Shown here one piece after another: positions 37,837-47,614 of a DNA stretch of 64,000 bases (the first letter of the stretch is position 1; every line of letters starts with the position of its first letter). The stretch covers positions 99,330-163,329 of the forward strand of contig CAVSGG010000010.1 of assembly GCA_963727455.1 (NCBI GenBank). Reading direction: 5' to 3'. The position numbers and the translations under genes are program-made. Source of the stretch: Candidatus Krumholzibacteriota bacterium. GTDB lineage: Bacteria; Krumholzibacteriota; Krumholzibacteriia; JAJRXK01. The notes under the pieces were generated by a model. The model worked only from the letters and a program-made list of their open reading frames with translations. It did not search any database and was not told where the DNA came from.

Positions 37837-38876
37837 GGTTTGCGGCGTTTGGCGGGCGGAAGCGACTCCACGGCCCAGCTCAAAAGAGCCAGATCATAGG
37901 ACAAGGAGGCGCCGAGACGTGAGGACTTGGCCCGGCGATCGGCGCGGCGCATGTGCTGGAGAGTCCCCCGGAGTTGCTCGAAGGACGAGGCCTCGGCCAG
38001 GGTGGCCAGACGGCGCGCCTGCCAGGGAGGAATGCCTAGGCGGCGAGCAGCGGAGCCCTCGTCCTCCCCAGCGTCCAGGGCGGCACGGAAGGTCGCGAGT
38101 TGCCGCAGACGCCAGCCGAGAATGGCGGCGGTAGCGATGGGATCGCCCCCTCCCACGCGCACTTTCGTCCAGGCGCGCAGTGCGGGCAGCGGATCGTCCG
38201 AGCGCAGAAGATCGGCCACGGCAAAGGCATCGAGGTCGCGCGAGCGGGCCACCAAGAGGCGCACTTCTTCCGGTCCAATCTCGCCCTCGCCCTCCTGCAA
38301 GAGAGCGAGTTTTTCCAGCTCGGTCTGGAGTTCTCCCAGCTCGTCTCCCACCAGATCGACCAGCTCTTCGACGGCATTGCGAGAGAGATTCAGGCCGAGG
38401 GACTTCGCCTGCCGCGCCACCTGGGTGAAGATGGCGCTGCCGCGCAGGGTCTGGAAGTCGACGGCACAGCCGGCATTCGCGCAGGCAGTGGTGAACTTCA
38501 GGCGCTTATCGAGCTTGGCGCTGGTGAAGACGAGAACCGTGCTCGGCACCGGCGACTTCAGGTACTCAAGAAGACCATCCATGGCAGTGCCCGAGGAAAG
38601 CGCCTCCGCGTGGCGCACCCAGACGAAACGCTTGGTGCCGAACATGGGATAGGCGGATGCAGCTTCGACGATGGCCGAAGGAAGGCACTCGTCTGCCTGC
38701 AAGACCTGAGCGTTGAACTCGGCGGACTGCGGGTCGAGAACCCTTTCCTTCAACCAGAGCGCGGTGCGCTCCGCGCGCCAGGTGTCCGGACCGGCCAAAA
38801 GATACACCGGCGCGGGATCGTCCTTGGCGAGGGTGCTCTTGAGTTCGGCTGGTGTGAGAATTTTCGCGCTCGCCAT
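37833..38876 (-). CDS. holA: DNA polymerase III delta subunit
   Basis: PVYLLAG, PMFG.KR.V.V, YLKSPVPSTVLVF, ELEKLAL; lptE-holA gene order. Confidence 0.88.
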   Translation of the reverse strand: MASAKILTPAELKSTLAKDDPAPVYLLAGPDTWRAERTALWLKERVLDPQSAEFNAQVLQADECLPSAIVEAASAYPMFGTKRFVWVRHAEALSSGTAMDGLLEYLKSPVPSTVLVFTSAKLDKRLKFTTACANAGCAVDFQTLRGSAIFTQVARQAKSLGLNLSRNAVEELVDLVGDELGELQTELEKLALLQEGEGEIGPEEVRLLVARSRDLDAFAVADLLRSDDPLPALRAWTKVRVGGGDPIATAAILGWRLRQLATFRAALDAGEDEGSAARRLGIPPWQARRLATLAEASSFEQLRGTLQHMRRADRRAKSSRLGASLSYDLALLSWAVESLPPAKRRKP

Positions 38877-39370
38877 CACCACTCCTCGATGACCAATGCG
38901 AGAATCGCCCGAACCAACTCATCGGCCGCTTCCTTGCGTGCGTTGTCCTCGCCCTCGGGACCTTCGTCGGTGAAGTAGTCTCCCTTGCCACGAATCGTCG
39001 TCGGCTTGACGATGACATCCCCCGTCGCGCGATCCACCAAACTCACCTCGCAGGCCACACGAACTTCGTACTCCTGCGCCTGCCGGTTTTCCGCGAAGAA
39101 GACCTCCTGGATCTTGAAGAAGGTGATCTTCCCCAGGATGAGAGCGTCGGCCTGGCTCTCCTCGGTGAGTCGCAAGGTACGGTCGGCCACGATTCCCGCG
39201 ATGATCGCATCGGTGAGGCTGACCTCGAGTTCGGGTTCGGTGGTTTCGTTTTCGAAGTACGGAACTGCAACGCTCTCCAGCCCGGGTTTTACGCGCCCGG
39301 GAGTGAGACCATAGCCGCAAGCGGAAAGAACGAAGAGCGCGACTCCAAGCCAGAGCGGAGTGCTTCGCAT
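38876..39370 (-). CDS. lptE: LPS assembly lipoprotein LptE family
   Basis: Lipobox LSAC-GY, VAVPYFENET.EPELE, ADALILGKI, C-terminal W; upstream of holA. Confidence 0.78.
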   Translation of the reverse strand: MRSTPLWLGVALFVLSACGYGLTPGRVKPGLESVAVPYFENETTEPELEVSLTDAIIAGIVADRTLRLTEESQADALILGKITFFKIQEVFFAENRQAQEYEVRVACEVSLVDRATGDVIVKPTTIRGKGDYFTDEGPEGEDNARKEAADELVRAILALVIEEW

Positions 39371-39447
39371 CGAAACGGCATGCAACCGCGAGCCACGACG
39401 AACTTCCGTCTTTCGCTCGCAGTGGAACACACGCGCCTCTTGCATCG

Positions 39448-40845
39448 TCAGAGCAACTCGAAGGTCTTCATCCGGTACCGGAGCTTGTCCCGGTTGATGT
39501 TCAGGTATTTCGCGGTGAGGCTCTGGTTGCCCTCCGCCTTGTGGAACGCCTTTTCGATGAGCGTTCGCTCGAGGTCCTCGACCAGTGCGTCGTAGGGAAT
39601 TCCCGCCTCGGGAATGGTTCCTTTGAGCACTTCCTCGATACGCTCGAGCAGCGAACCTTCATCCGTGCGCTCGTTGCCCGTGATGGGCACCTGGGAAGCC
39701 AGCAGCTCCTCGCCGTCCTCCAAGAGCGCGATACGCTCCATCATGTTTTTCAGTTCCCGGATGTTACCCGGCCAGGGATAGCCCACAAGCACCTTTTTCG
39801 CCTCTTGGGAAAGTCGTTGAAAGCGCTTGTGAAAGGCCTTGGCGTAATTCCGGAGAAAGTGCTCCGCCAGAAGGAGGATATCCTCGGTGCGTTCTCTCAG
39901 GGGCGGAATGTGCAGTGGAATAACCTTCAGACGGTAGTAGAGGTCTTCCCGAAAAGTTCCTTCCTCAACACACCTTATAAGATCACGGTTGGTGGCAGAC
40001 ACGATACGGACGTCCACCTGGATGTCCTTCACCCCGCCTACGCGCCGGAAACTCATCTTCTCCAGCACCCGCAGCAGCTTCACCTGGATGGTGAGGCTCA
40101 TCTCCCCAATCTCGTCCAGAAAGAGCGTGCCGTGGTGCGCCAGCTCCAAGAGTCCACGCTTCTGGTTGATGGCGTCGGTGAAGGCGCCCTTCTCATGTCC
40201 GAAGAGCTCACTCTCCAAGAGCTCCTCGGGAAGCGAGGCACAGTTGATTTCCAGGAAGGCGTGGTCGCGCCGTGGAGAGTTCTGGTGGATGAGATTGGCG
40301 ACCACGTCCTTGCCCGTGCCGCTCTCCCCTTCGATGAGCACCGTCGTGCTCCCTGCCACCGCGATGCGCCGGATGAGATCGTAGATCTCGAGCATCTTGG
40401 GGGCGACGCTGGGCACGATCTCACTGCGGGGATCGATGATTTCACTGCGCAAGCGCAGTTGGTGCAGCTCGGAATGCAGCTTCCCCGTGTCGAGTCCGCG
40501 CCGAAGAATGAGCAAAAGCTCTTCGAGATTGATGGGTTTGTTGACGTAGTCGAAGGCGCCCGCTTTCATGGCGGACACCGCGGTCTCGACGTCGCCGAAA
40601 GCAGTCATCATCACCACGCACAGATCCGGATAGAGATTCTGGATGCGACCGAGCACTTCCAGGCCGCTTATGTCCGGGAGCTTCAAGTCCAAGAGGACGA
40701 GATCGGGAATCGTGCCCTCGATGAGCTTGAGTGCTTTGCTTCCCGTCTCCGCGCTGATGACTTCAAACCCCTCCTCCGCCAGAGTGCGGCGCAAAAAGAA
40801 GAGAATGGACTCCTGGTCATCGACGATGAGAATTTGCGGTTTCAT
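39448..40845 (-). CDS. Sigma-54-dependent response regulator (REC-AAA+-Fis HTH), PrsR-like position
   Basis: ILIVDD, LLDLKLPD, GESGTGKD, ELFGHEKGAFTDA, LFLDEIG, FREDLYYRL, WPGNIREL, HTH. Confidence 0.93.
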   Translation of the reverse strand: MKPQILIVDDQESILFFLRRTLAEEGFEVISAETGSKALKLIEGTIPDLVLLDLKLPDISGLEVLGRIQNLYPDLCVVMMTAFGDVETAVSAMKAGAFDYVNKPINLEELLLILRRGLDTGKLHSELHQLRLRSEIIDPRSEIVPSVAPKMLEIYDLIRRIAVAGSTTVLIEGESGTGKDVVANLIHQNSPRRDHAFLEINCASLPEELLESELFGHEKGAFTDAINQKRGLLELAHHGTLFLDEIGEMSLTIQVKLLRVLEKMSFRRVGGVKDIQVDVRIVSATNRDLIRCVEEGTFREDLYYRLKVIPLHIPPLRERTEDILLLAEHFLRNYAKAFHKRFQRLSQEAKKVLVGYPWPGNIRELKNMMERIALLEDGEELLASQVPITGNERTDEGSLLERIEEVLKGTIPEAGIPYDALVEDLERTLIEKAFHKAEGNQSLTAKYLNINRDKLRYRMKTFELL

Positions 40846-42878
40846 GATTGGCTCCCGATGGTGGTGGGCGCGAGGGGCAAGAGAATCCGAATGCGGGCTC
40901 CCTCTCCCGGGTCACTGAAGGCCTGAAGAACGCCGCCGTGGCGCTCCACGATGTTGTGCGAGACGAAAAGACCCAGCCCGGTACCGTCCGCCTTCTTGGA
41001 GTAGAACGGTTCGAAGATGTGCGGCAGGTCCTCGCGGTCGATCCCCGGACCCTGATCGATGACCTCGAAGGCGATGGCCTCTTCGAGTACGGGTTTTGGA
41101 CTAGCATGGCTCAGCTTGCTCAGCTTGAGCAGAACGGTGGCGCCGGGACGACTCACTTCGACCGCGTTCTTGAGCAGGTTGAAGAGGACCTGATGGATCT
41201 GATCGCGGTCGATGTGATAGTTGGGCAGGGCGTCTTCGCTTTCGATGCGTATCTCCACCCCACGCTCTTGGGCCCAGTCCTTGATGGCGCGGTGAACTCT
41301 CTGGGCGGTTTGGGTGGCGGCGGTTTCTTCCTTCTGCAGACGTGCCGGGCGCGCCACCTGGAAGAGATTGCGGATGATCCCGTCCAGGCGCTGGATCTCC
41401 TCCTGGATCACCGCCACGCTCTCCGAGTCCTCTCCGTCGAAAGCGCCTTTGCGCGCCAGATAATCCATACCGGCGCTGATTCCGCCGAGTGGGTTGCGAA
41501 TCTCGTGGGCCATGCTGCTGGCGAAGCGGCCGATCGCGGCGAGGGTGTCCAGGTGCCGAATTTCCTCCTGCATCAAATGCACTGCGCTCAGATCCTCGAT
41601 CACTGCAATGACCCCCACCAGTCCCCCCTCCTCCCGACGGTATTTCGCGAGGGTCAAGAGCACGGGAATGGAACTCTCGGAGTCGAGGCCCATCCTTCCC
41701 TCCCAACGCAGACTCGGCTCACGCCCCAAGAGAGCCGCCTTGGTCGGAGACTCCACACCGGGAACCCACAACAGCGAGTCGAGCTTCCTCCCCACCAGCG
41801 ATCTTCCAGAACTTGCCAAGAGCTCTTGCGCGCGACGGTTGATGAAAATCACGCGTCCACGGTCATCGGTGGTGATCAGGCCGTTGCTCATTCCGTCGAG
41901 AATCTGGTCGCGAAAGCGCTCCCCCATTTCCAGCTCGTGATAGAGGCTCGCATTCTGTAGCACTGCACTCACCGCGTAGCTCAGCGATTCCAAGGTCAAC
42001 TGATCCGCCTTGCGAATCCCGGCCGGGCGCGCGCGGTCGGTGACTACCATGAGGCCGTACAGTGGATAGTGGCGGCAAGAGATGCAGGGATGGAGATCGA
42101 GTCCTCCCTCGCCGACGGGAAAGCTCTCGCGAATCTGTTCGGAAGGAGCGAGTTCGAACACGGGACAGTCGTCGTGATAGAGCCAACCGCCCTTGAGACA
42201 TTCGTGGCGCGGCAGCGGCGTGAGCAAGGGCACGACGAGGTGCGCGCCGTGCTCCCGGAATGCCGCGGGAGATTCTCCGTTCACGGTCAGGAGCAATTCA
42301 CTGGAATTCTCTGCGACGAGTATGCTGCTGGGATTTCGCATCGCGCGGGCGGCGGTTCCGCCAAGACCACCCAGGGACCAGCGCAAACTCTCTACCACCG
42401 AGCCGCTGGCACCCGGGTGGAGCCAGCGACCCACCAGTTCGCGCGACTTGCGCTCGATGCGGAGGATCATCACCTCTTGAAACCCGCTGGCACGGTGGCA
42501 GTAGACCAGCGCTCCGTCCACCGTATGTTCCAGACGGCCGGGCCGCGCCAGGGCCTGCCACAGCTCGCGTACGCTCAGCAGCTGGATGTTGGTGTTCACC
42601 AGACGCAGACGTGCGTCCTCGTAGCTGTGTTTGAGCTGCAGGACGCGCTCGCGCACACCGCGGTAGAAGTCCAGACCCCCCAAAGGGCCCGAGCGCTCCG
42701 CGGACTGGGGAGTCGAGCCGCTCCAGCCCTGGAGCAACTTCCGCCGGTGCAGATAGAAGAGAGCTCCGCTGAGCCCCCAGCAGATCACGAGCACGACGAT
42801 CCCCGAAGCACGCTCGCGCAGGGCCAGCGCAAGCGCGGGGGCGAGAAACAAGGACAGAACGAAGGCGCGGTGAATCAT
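40842..42878 (-). CDS. Membrane sensor histidine kinase (TM-GAF-PAS-HisKA-HATPase), PrsK-like position
   Basis: Two N-terminal TMs, PAS (ILDGMSNGLITTD..GRV..IN), AHEIRNPL, NLLKNA, DQGPGI, GTGLGL. Confidence 0.9.
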   Translation of the reverse strand: MIHRAFVLSLFLAPALALALRERASGIVVLVICWGLSGALFYLHRRKLLQGWSGSTPQSAERSGPLGGLDFYRGVRERVLQLKHSYEDARLRLVNTNIQLLSVRELWQALARPGRLEHTVDGALVYCHRASGFQEVMILRIERKSRELVGRWLHPGASGSVVESLRWSLGGLGGTAARAMRNPSSILVAENSSELLLTVNGESPAAFREHGAHLVVPLLTPLPRHECLKGGWLYHDDCPVFELAPSEQIRESFPVGEGGLDLHPCISCRHYPLYGLMVVTDRARPAGIRKADQLTLESLSYAVSAVLQNASLYHELEMGERFRDQILDGMSNGLITTDDRGRVIFINRRAQELLASSGRSLVGRKLDSLLWVPGVESPTKAALLGREPSLRWEGRMGLDSESSIPVLLTLAKYRREEGGLVGVIAVIEDLSAVHLMQEEIRHLDTLAAIGRFASSMAHEIRNPLGGISAGMDYLARKGAFDGEDSESVAVIQEEIQRLDGIIRNLFQVARPARLQKEETAATQTAQRVHRAIKDWAQERGVEIRIESEDALPNYHIDRDQIHQVLFNLLKNAVEVSRPGATVLLKLSKLSHASPKPVLEEAIAFEVIDQGPGIDREDLPHIFEPFYSKKADGTGLGLFVSHNIVERHGGVLQAFSDPGEGARIRILLPLAPTTIGSQS

Positions 42879-42919
42879 TTGGCTCGCGGCACTCCCCCCA
42901 GGAGTCCGTAGGAGCCTCC

Positions 42920-42935
42920 ATCAAGGATCGTGCCC
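42920..42935 (-). promoter_or_regulatory. Candidate sigma-54 promoter of the kinase/regulator pair
   Basis: GGGCAC-GATCC-TTGAT (GA instead of GC at -12), 42 nt above the ATG. Confidence 0.4.
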
Positions 42936-43048
42936 GGCTGCGCCAAATTCCCCACTCAGGCGTTCGAAGGGCCCACGAGAGGTCGATTCGACAATGGTAC
43001 AGGATTCCCTGGAAGGACCGCTTTGAGCTGAGGTAGGGGCAAAACGCC

Positions 43049-43849
43049 CTAGAGTGCCCCCCGGCCCGTGAGCACGACGCGAATGGTCGCCAGGAGCAGG
43101 CGGAAGTCTCGCAAGAGTCCGAAGCGCGTGATGTACTCCAGGTCCAGAGCGACTTTCTTGTGGACGCTGTCCAGCGACTCGTCGTAGCCGCTCTCGACCT
43201 GCGCCAATCCGGTGATTCCGGGTTTGAAACGGAGCCGCTCCAGATAGCCGGGGACCTCACGGCTGAGCAGGGAGATGAACGGCGGGCGCTCGGGCCGGGG
43301 CCCCACCACGCTCATGGAGCCCTTCAGCACGTTGTAGAACTGCGGGAACTCGTCGATGCGGGTGAGGCGCAGGAAGCGACCGACACCGGTGATCCGAGGA
43401 TCGTTCTCGCTGGCCCAGCGGATTCCCTCCGACTCGGAGTTGATGTACATGGTTCGCAGCTTCCAGATCTTGAAGGGCCTACCCTCCGCGATGACTCTGC
43501 GAACATCCCGGCTCTGCTCCTGGCAGCGTCTCTCCCCGATCTCGGGGGCCTGGGATTGCTCCCGCCGGCGCTCACGGCCGCGGCGATTGATGCCCACGCG
43601 GATCTGCCCGTAGAAGACGGGGCCGCGCGATTCGAGCTTGATGGCCAGTGCCAGGAAGGGCAAGAGACACGCGAAGAAGCTCAGCGCGACCAGGGAAAAG
43701 AGGATGTCGAAGACCCGTTTTACGCCCCGCTTCCAGCTCGGCACCTGTCCGTAGAGCGGAATCGGGCTCCCGAGGTACTTCAGCTGCGGGGCGTCGTAGC
43801 TGCGGGAGCTTGATCCCACGTGCTGGATCATCGAAGGGTGGAGCTGCAT
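43049..43849 (-). CDS. Priming phosphoglycosyl (sugar) transferase, Bac_transf family
   Basis: KRVFDI, IKLESRGPVFY.Q.RVG, KLRTM, DPRITGVGRFLR..RIDEFPQ, MSVVGPRPE, KPGITGLAQV. Confidence 0.92.
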   Translation of the reverse strand: MQLHPSMIQHVGSSSRSYDAPQLKYLGSPIPLYGQVPSWKRGVKRVFDILFSLVALSFFACLLPFLALAIKLESRGPVFYGQIRVGINRRGRERRREQSQAPEIGERRCQEQSRDVRRVIAEGRPFKIWKLRTMYINSESEGIRWASENDPRITGVGRFLRLTRIDEFPQFYNVLKGSMSVVGPRPERPPFISLLSREVPGYLERLRFKPGITGLAQVESGYDESLDSVHKKVALDLEYITRFGLLRDFRLLLATIRVVLTGRGAL

Positions 43850-44044
43850 TCTGGACCTTTCACACACCCGTGCCGGCAACGCGTCTCACTCGAGTTTGAG
43901 AGCTGATCTGGACCCTGACCCCCCGGGCGGAACGCGAAGCTGGGACTTCGTCGGGCATGACCGGAAAGCCGTGATCTGGAGAGCGCCGGTGTAACTCCCC
44001 TAATCGTCAAGGACGAGATTAGCTCTTTCTTTCCCCTTCCACCA

Positions 44045-44060
44045 GGCAAGATCCTGGCCG
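44045..44060 (-). promoter_or_regulatory. Candidate sigma-54 promoter of the sugar transferase
   Basis: CGGCCA-GGATC-TTGCC (GG-N10-GC). Confidence 0.45.
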
Positions 44061-44066
44061 GACGCG

Positions 44067-45182
44067 TCAGAAGCGCCGCGCCAGGCTCAGCCCGGGAGCC
44101 TCGCCAACCCAGGCCACTCGCAAATCGACCCCCAGCGCGCCGATTCGCCCGTTTTCCAGCGGAACCGGAGAATCGTCGCAGAGGAAGATGGCGTCCGCCA
44201 TATTCAGGATCCAGAGGGCTCCCATGCCGAAAATCACCGCGCGCCTGCGCGATTTCGCGCTCTCGAGGTCCCCTTGGGCGGCAGCCCAGCGGGCCTGAGC
44301 CTCCGGGGTGGCCCCGCTCTGGCTCTCCTGCAGAGCCACCACGCGCGAGGCGTCCTGCTCGCTGACCTTGCGCTGATCCAGGAAACGCTGGGTCTCCACC
44401 AGGGTCACCCCGGCCAGGAAGCCCAAGGAGGACCACACGAGGCCACGTGTCTCGTGACCCAGGCGGGTTTGGCCCGAGCCGGGATAGAGCAGGGAGAGCA
44501 TCCCCACCCCCATTTTGGAGGGGGGCCGGTAGCGGGCGGCAATGCTGCGGGTACCGGAAAGCTCGAAGCGGTAGGGCCCGCGCCGCACCGCGGCGTGGAG
44601 GAGGTTGCCCAGGTGGGCGTAGAGGGCCAGATAGCCGTAGTTGTTGCGCGTCTGTTCCTCGAGCCAGACCTCGTCCGCGAGGTGCTTGGCCACGCGCTGG
44701 TAAGCCGGTGTGAGCTTGTCCGCGGTGGAGGTTTGCGCCGCCACGGCATCCATGGTCTGCTGCCGATCGTTGACCCGCGCCGAGTAGCGAAAGACCTGGC
44801 CTAGAGCGTTGCCGACCTCGGCCATGGGGACCAATGCCGATGGCAGCGTAAGATCACGCAGCTGACCCAGTCCCGGAACGACGGCCGAAAGAAGGACCCG
44901 GCTGCCGCGGCGATCCGAGAGAACCACTCGACTGCCCGCAGCCATCATGACCTTGGACTGCTGGACTCCCTCGCGGTAGAGCTGCACCTCGTATCGTCCC
45001 GGCGCCAGATCGTCAATTGCCAGCGGCGCCATGGACGAGCGTTTCATGTCCTTTCCCTTCAGGACGATCTCGCAGTTGCTCACCTGCGATGTCACCCGAA
45101 ACGCATTGGGCGGATTTTCCTGCGCTGAAGCAGGACTCGCGATTACGGAGAGCAGGAGCAGAATTAGGATCATCTGACGCAT
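44067..45182 (-). CDS. Secreted/membrane protein: PEGA-like domain plus two S-x3-PG-x-GQ (DUF5683-like) modules
   Basis: Signal peptide (ASA-Q), VTSQVSNCEIVL...DLAPGRYEV, SAVVPGLGQ and SLLYPGSGQ, C-terminal LSLARRF. Confidence 0.55.
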   Translation of the reverse strand: MRQMILILLLLSVIASPASAQENPPNAFRVTSQVSNCEIVLKGKDMKRSSMAPLAIDDLAPGRYEVQLYREGVQQSKVMMAAGSRVVLSDRRGSRVLLSAVVPGLGQLRDLTLPSALVPMAEVGNALGQVFRYSARVNDRQQTMDAVAAQTSTADKLTPAYQRVAKHLADEVWLEEQTRNNYGYLALYAHLGNLLHAAVRRGPYRFELSGTRSIAARYRPPSKMGVGMLSLLYPGSGQTRLGHETRGLVWSSLGFLAGVTLVETQRFLDQRKVSEQDASRVVALQESQSGATPEAQARWAAAQGDLESAKSRRRAVIFGMGALWILNMADAIFLCDDSPVPLENGRIGALGVDLRVAWVGEAPGLSLARRF

Positions 45183-45269
45183 AAGAACCTCTCGGCTGAT
45201 GTTCACCGCCGACAGTCTAGAACGGCGAGGTAGGGGAATCAATTGTTCAGACTCTCACGGGTGCTCGGC

Positions 45270-46775
45270 TCAAGTTCCGCTCTCGGGCTCGATCCCCATC
45301 TGCTTCATCATCTCGCGCGCTCGTAGAGCGGCTCGACTTCCAGGCACCTGTTCGTCCACCCATTCCAGGTAGAGCCGACTCAGCCTGGGGTTCTTCAGCT
45401 CGTCACGCGCGATTTCCGCTGCGCGCAAGAGTGCCTCGCCCCCTCTTTTCTGTCTGCCCAGGATGTGATGGATCTGCTCGAGTTGGCGCAGGGCATCTTC
45501 GGCTTCGTGAAGCGCGAGCAAACAGTTTACCGCGTGTTCTCGGGCTGAGATTCCCACCGCGCCCGCCGAGGCGTGTCCGGAGATGAGGCGCTGATACTGC
45601 TTGAGTGCGCGGTTGAGTTCGCTGGTGACGGTATTCTCGTTTCCCCTCTTCCTCTGGATGTCCACCAGGCGCATGGGCGCTTCGAGACCGGCGGCGGTGT
45701 CCGGATAACGTTGAATGAGGCGACGTAGCGTTTTTTGCGCGTTGGACCAATCCGAAGCATCCAAAAGAAGTTCGGACTTGCGCAAGAGGGCTGCGGCTGC
45801 CAGGCGCGGCTGATCGGGAAAATCCTGCACCACTTCGTCCAATTCAAGCATGGCCTCTCTCCGGCGATCGCTGCTCACGAGAATCTCCGCGCGGCGCAGC
45901 TTTGCCAAGCCGCGGAGGCTCTCGGATTGGGCCTCCGCGATGACACGCAGGTAGAGCGAGTCCGCGCGTGCCGGTTGGTTCAGACCGTGCGCCAAAATTT
46001 CGGCTCGATCGAAGAGGGCATTGAGACGATCCTTCACCGCGAGATCGTGCGACTCGTATTTGCTCAGACTTCGTTCCGCCGCTCTCCAGCGGTGCGCGGC
46101 GATGTCCAGCCGATGATCCAGAAACGCCGCACGGTCTCCGATGGGCCTACCCTGCCACTGTTTCTGCGCCCAGTCGTAGAATTGGTGTCCCTCCACCCTG
46201 CCCTCTTCGGTGAGGACGCTATCCGCGTTGGCGAAGAGATCTTGGACCAGGACCAAGGGCAATCGCAGGATCTGGGGGTCGAGAGAATTCGGAGCCGGAG
46301 GCTCTTGCATGAGGGCGTAGAACTGTCCGTAGAGGTGGATCGCCTCGTCCCATCGTTCTTGAGTGCGCGCGGACTCGGCACGCAGTAGAGCAGCCTGCCG
46401 CCTGAGGATGATCGGTCCCTGCTCCTGGGCCGCGCGCAGCTGGACTTCCGCCAAGTCAAAGCGTCCCGCGCGCAGGAAAGAATCGCCAGCCTGGATCCTC
46501 CCCCATGCCTGCAAGGAGGACAATTCGGCCAGGACCTTGGGGTCGCTCTTTCCGTGCACCTGACCAGGATCCGCTCGCTGAGCCACGTCGATGTAGGCCA
46601 GCCCGGTGCGATAGTAGCCCTTGCGAATCTTCGGGTCCGCCTCCAGGGAGAATTTGATGGCCTCCCGCTCGGCCCAGTAACGAGCGCGCTCGGCCTGGTA
46701 GCGGGCTCGCATGTCCTGCCGTCCGCAGCCGCAGACCAGGATCAAGAACAGCAGGAGGAGTCCGCGCGATTTCAT
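45270..46775 (-). CDS. TPR-repeat lipoprotein (PrsT-like position)
   Basis: MKSRGLLLLFLILVCG-C lipobox followed by many TPR-like helices. Confidence 0.7.
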   Translation of the reverse strand: MKSRGLLLLFLILVCGCGRQDMRARYQAERARYWAEREAIKFSLEADPKIRKGYYRTGLAYIDVAQRADPGQVHGKSDPKVLAELSSLQAWGRIQAGDSFLRAGRFDLAEVQLRAAQEQGPIILRRQAALLRAESARTQERWDEAIHLYGQFYALMQEPPAPNSLDPQILRLPLVLVQDLFANADSVLTEEGRVEGHQFYDWAQKQWQGRPIGDRAAFLDHRLDIAAHRWRAAERSLSKYESHDLAVKDRLNALFDRAEILAHGLNQPARADSLYLRVIAEAQSESLRGLAKLRRAEILVSSDRRREAMLELDEVVQDFPDQPRLAAAALLRKSELLLDASDWSNAQKTLRRLIQRYPDTAAGLEAPMRLVDIQRKRGNENTVTSELNRALKQYQRLISGHASAGAVGISAREHAVNCLLALHEAEDALRQLEQIHHILGRQKRGGEALLRAAEIARDELKNPRLSRLYLEWVDEQVPGSRAALRAREMMKQMGIEPESGT

Positions 46776-47614
46776 AGTCCACGGCTCCGGGGTTTCAGAA
46801 AAATTCGGATGGAAGCGTCCAGAGCGAGAAAGCCGAAGAGAAGGAAGATGGCGGCTTGCACCGCCACCACCACCAGGATGATCTCCGGCCGAAGCTGAGC
46901 GGCCAAGCGAGTCGAACGCTGCAGGATCAAGGAGAGCGGAAGTCCCGCGAGCCAGGGCAAGAGGATAAAAGCCACCGGCCACTGAAGAGCTTGCCTCGCG
47001 CGGCGGAAGCTGGCCCCGATGGCGCGCGGTAATCCACGGTCTTCGCGCAGAAGATGAGCCGGCACGAAATACAGAGGGCTCAAAAGGAGCAGCGGGAAAA
47101 GGCCCCCGAAGCTGGTGATCATCGAGTGAATTTTGTACGGCAGATGGAATTTCGTGTTCAGAAGGTAGACCGGCAAGCCGTAGAAGAGAATCCAAACCGC
47201 GATCTCCACACAGGTCAATAGGAAGAGCGGCCAATAGTAATGTGCGCTGGCACGCGCGGGCGCTCTGTTCTGTGTGCGCTCCTCACCGAGCACGCGGTAG
47301 ACGGCCAAACCGCACCAGGCAGTGACGAAGGGAGTCACCAAGAGATCGACCACGATTTTTCCCGCCGCTCCGGTGACCGGGAGTCCGATGAAGCTCTCCG
47401 GGTAGTGCAGGTAGTAGGAACCGAAGACTCTCTGCACCAAGGGAATGATTCCTCCGCCCCAGAGGGGGAAGGTCGGATCCGCGCAGATCACGAAGACCAC
47501 GACTTCCGCGACCAGCGCGAGGAGAAGAACGAAACGTACCCCGGCCCGCCGGAAGTCCAGAAAACCGAGGACGACGAGGCGGATGAGATCCTCGACGAAG
47601 CGAAGGAGGTTCAT
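46772..47614 (-). CDS. Polytopic membrane protein of unknown function
   Basis: About six hydrophobic segments; ATGA-coupled on both sides. Confidence 0.6.
   Translation of the reverse strand: MNLLRFVEDLIRLVVLGFLDFRRAGVRFVLLLALVAEVVVFVICADPTFPLWGGGIIPLVQRVFGSYYLHYPESFIGLPVTGAAGKIVVDLLVTPFVTAWCGLAVYRVLGEERTQNRAPARASAHYYWPLFLLTCVEIAVWILFYGLPVYLLNTKFHLPYKIHSMITSFGGLFPLLLLSPLYFVPAHLLREDRGLPRAIGASFRRARQALQWPVAFILLPWLAGLPLSLILQRSTRLAAQLRPEIILVVVAVQAAIFLLFGFLALDASIRIFLKPRSRGL

Noticed and set aside
39381-39395. Sigma-54-like TGGCTCGCGGTTGCA upstream of lptE
   Set aside because: GG-to-GC spacing is 9 rather than the required 10, and it lies too close to the start codon.
43850-44044. c-di-GMP-I/II riboswitch in the transferase leader
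   Set aside because: The GEMM consensus elements were not recognisable.
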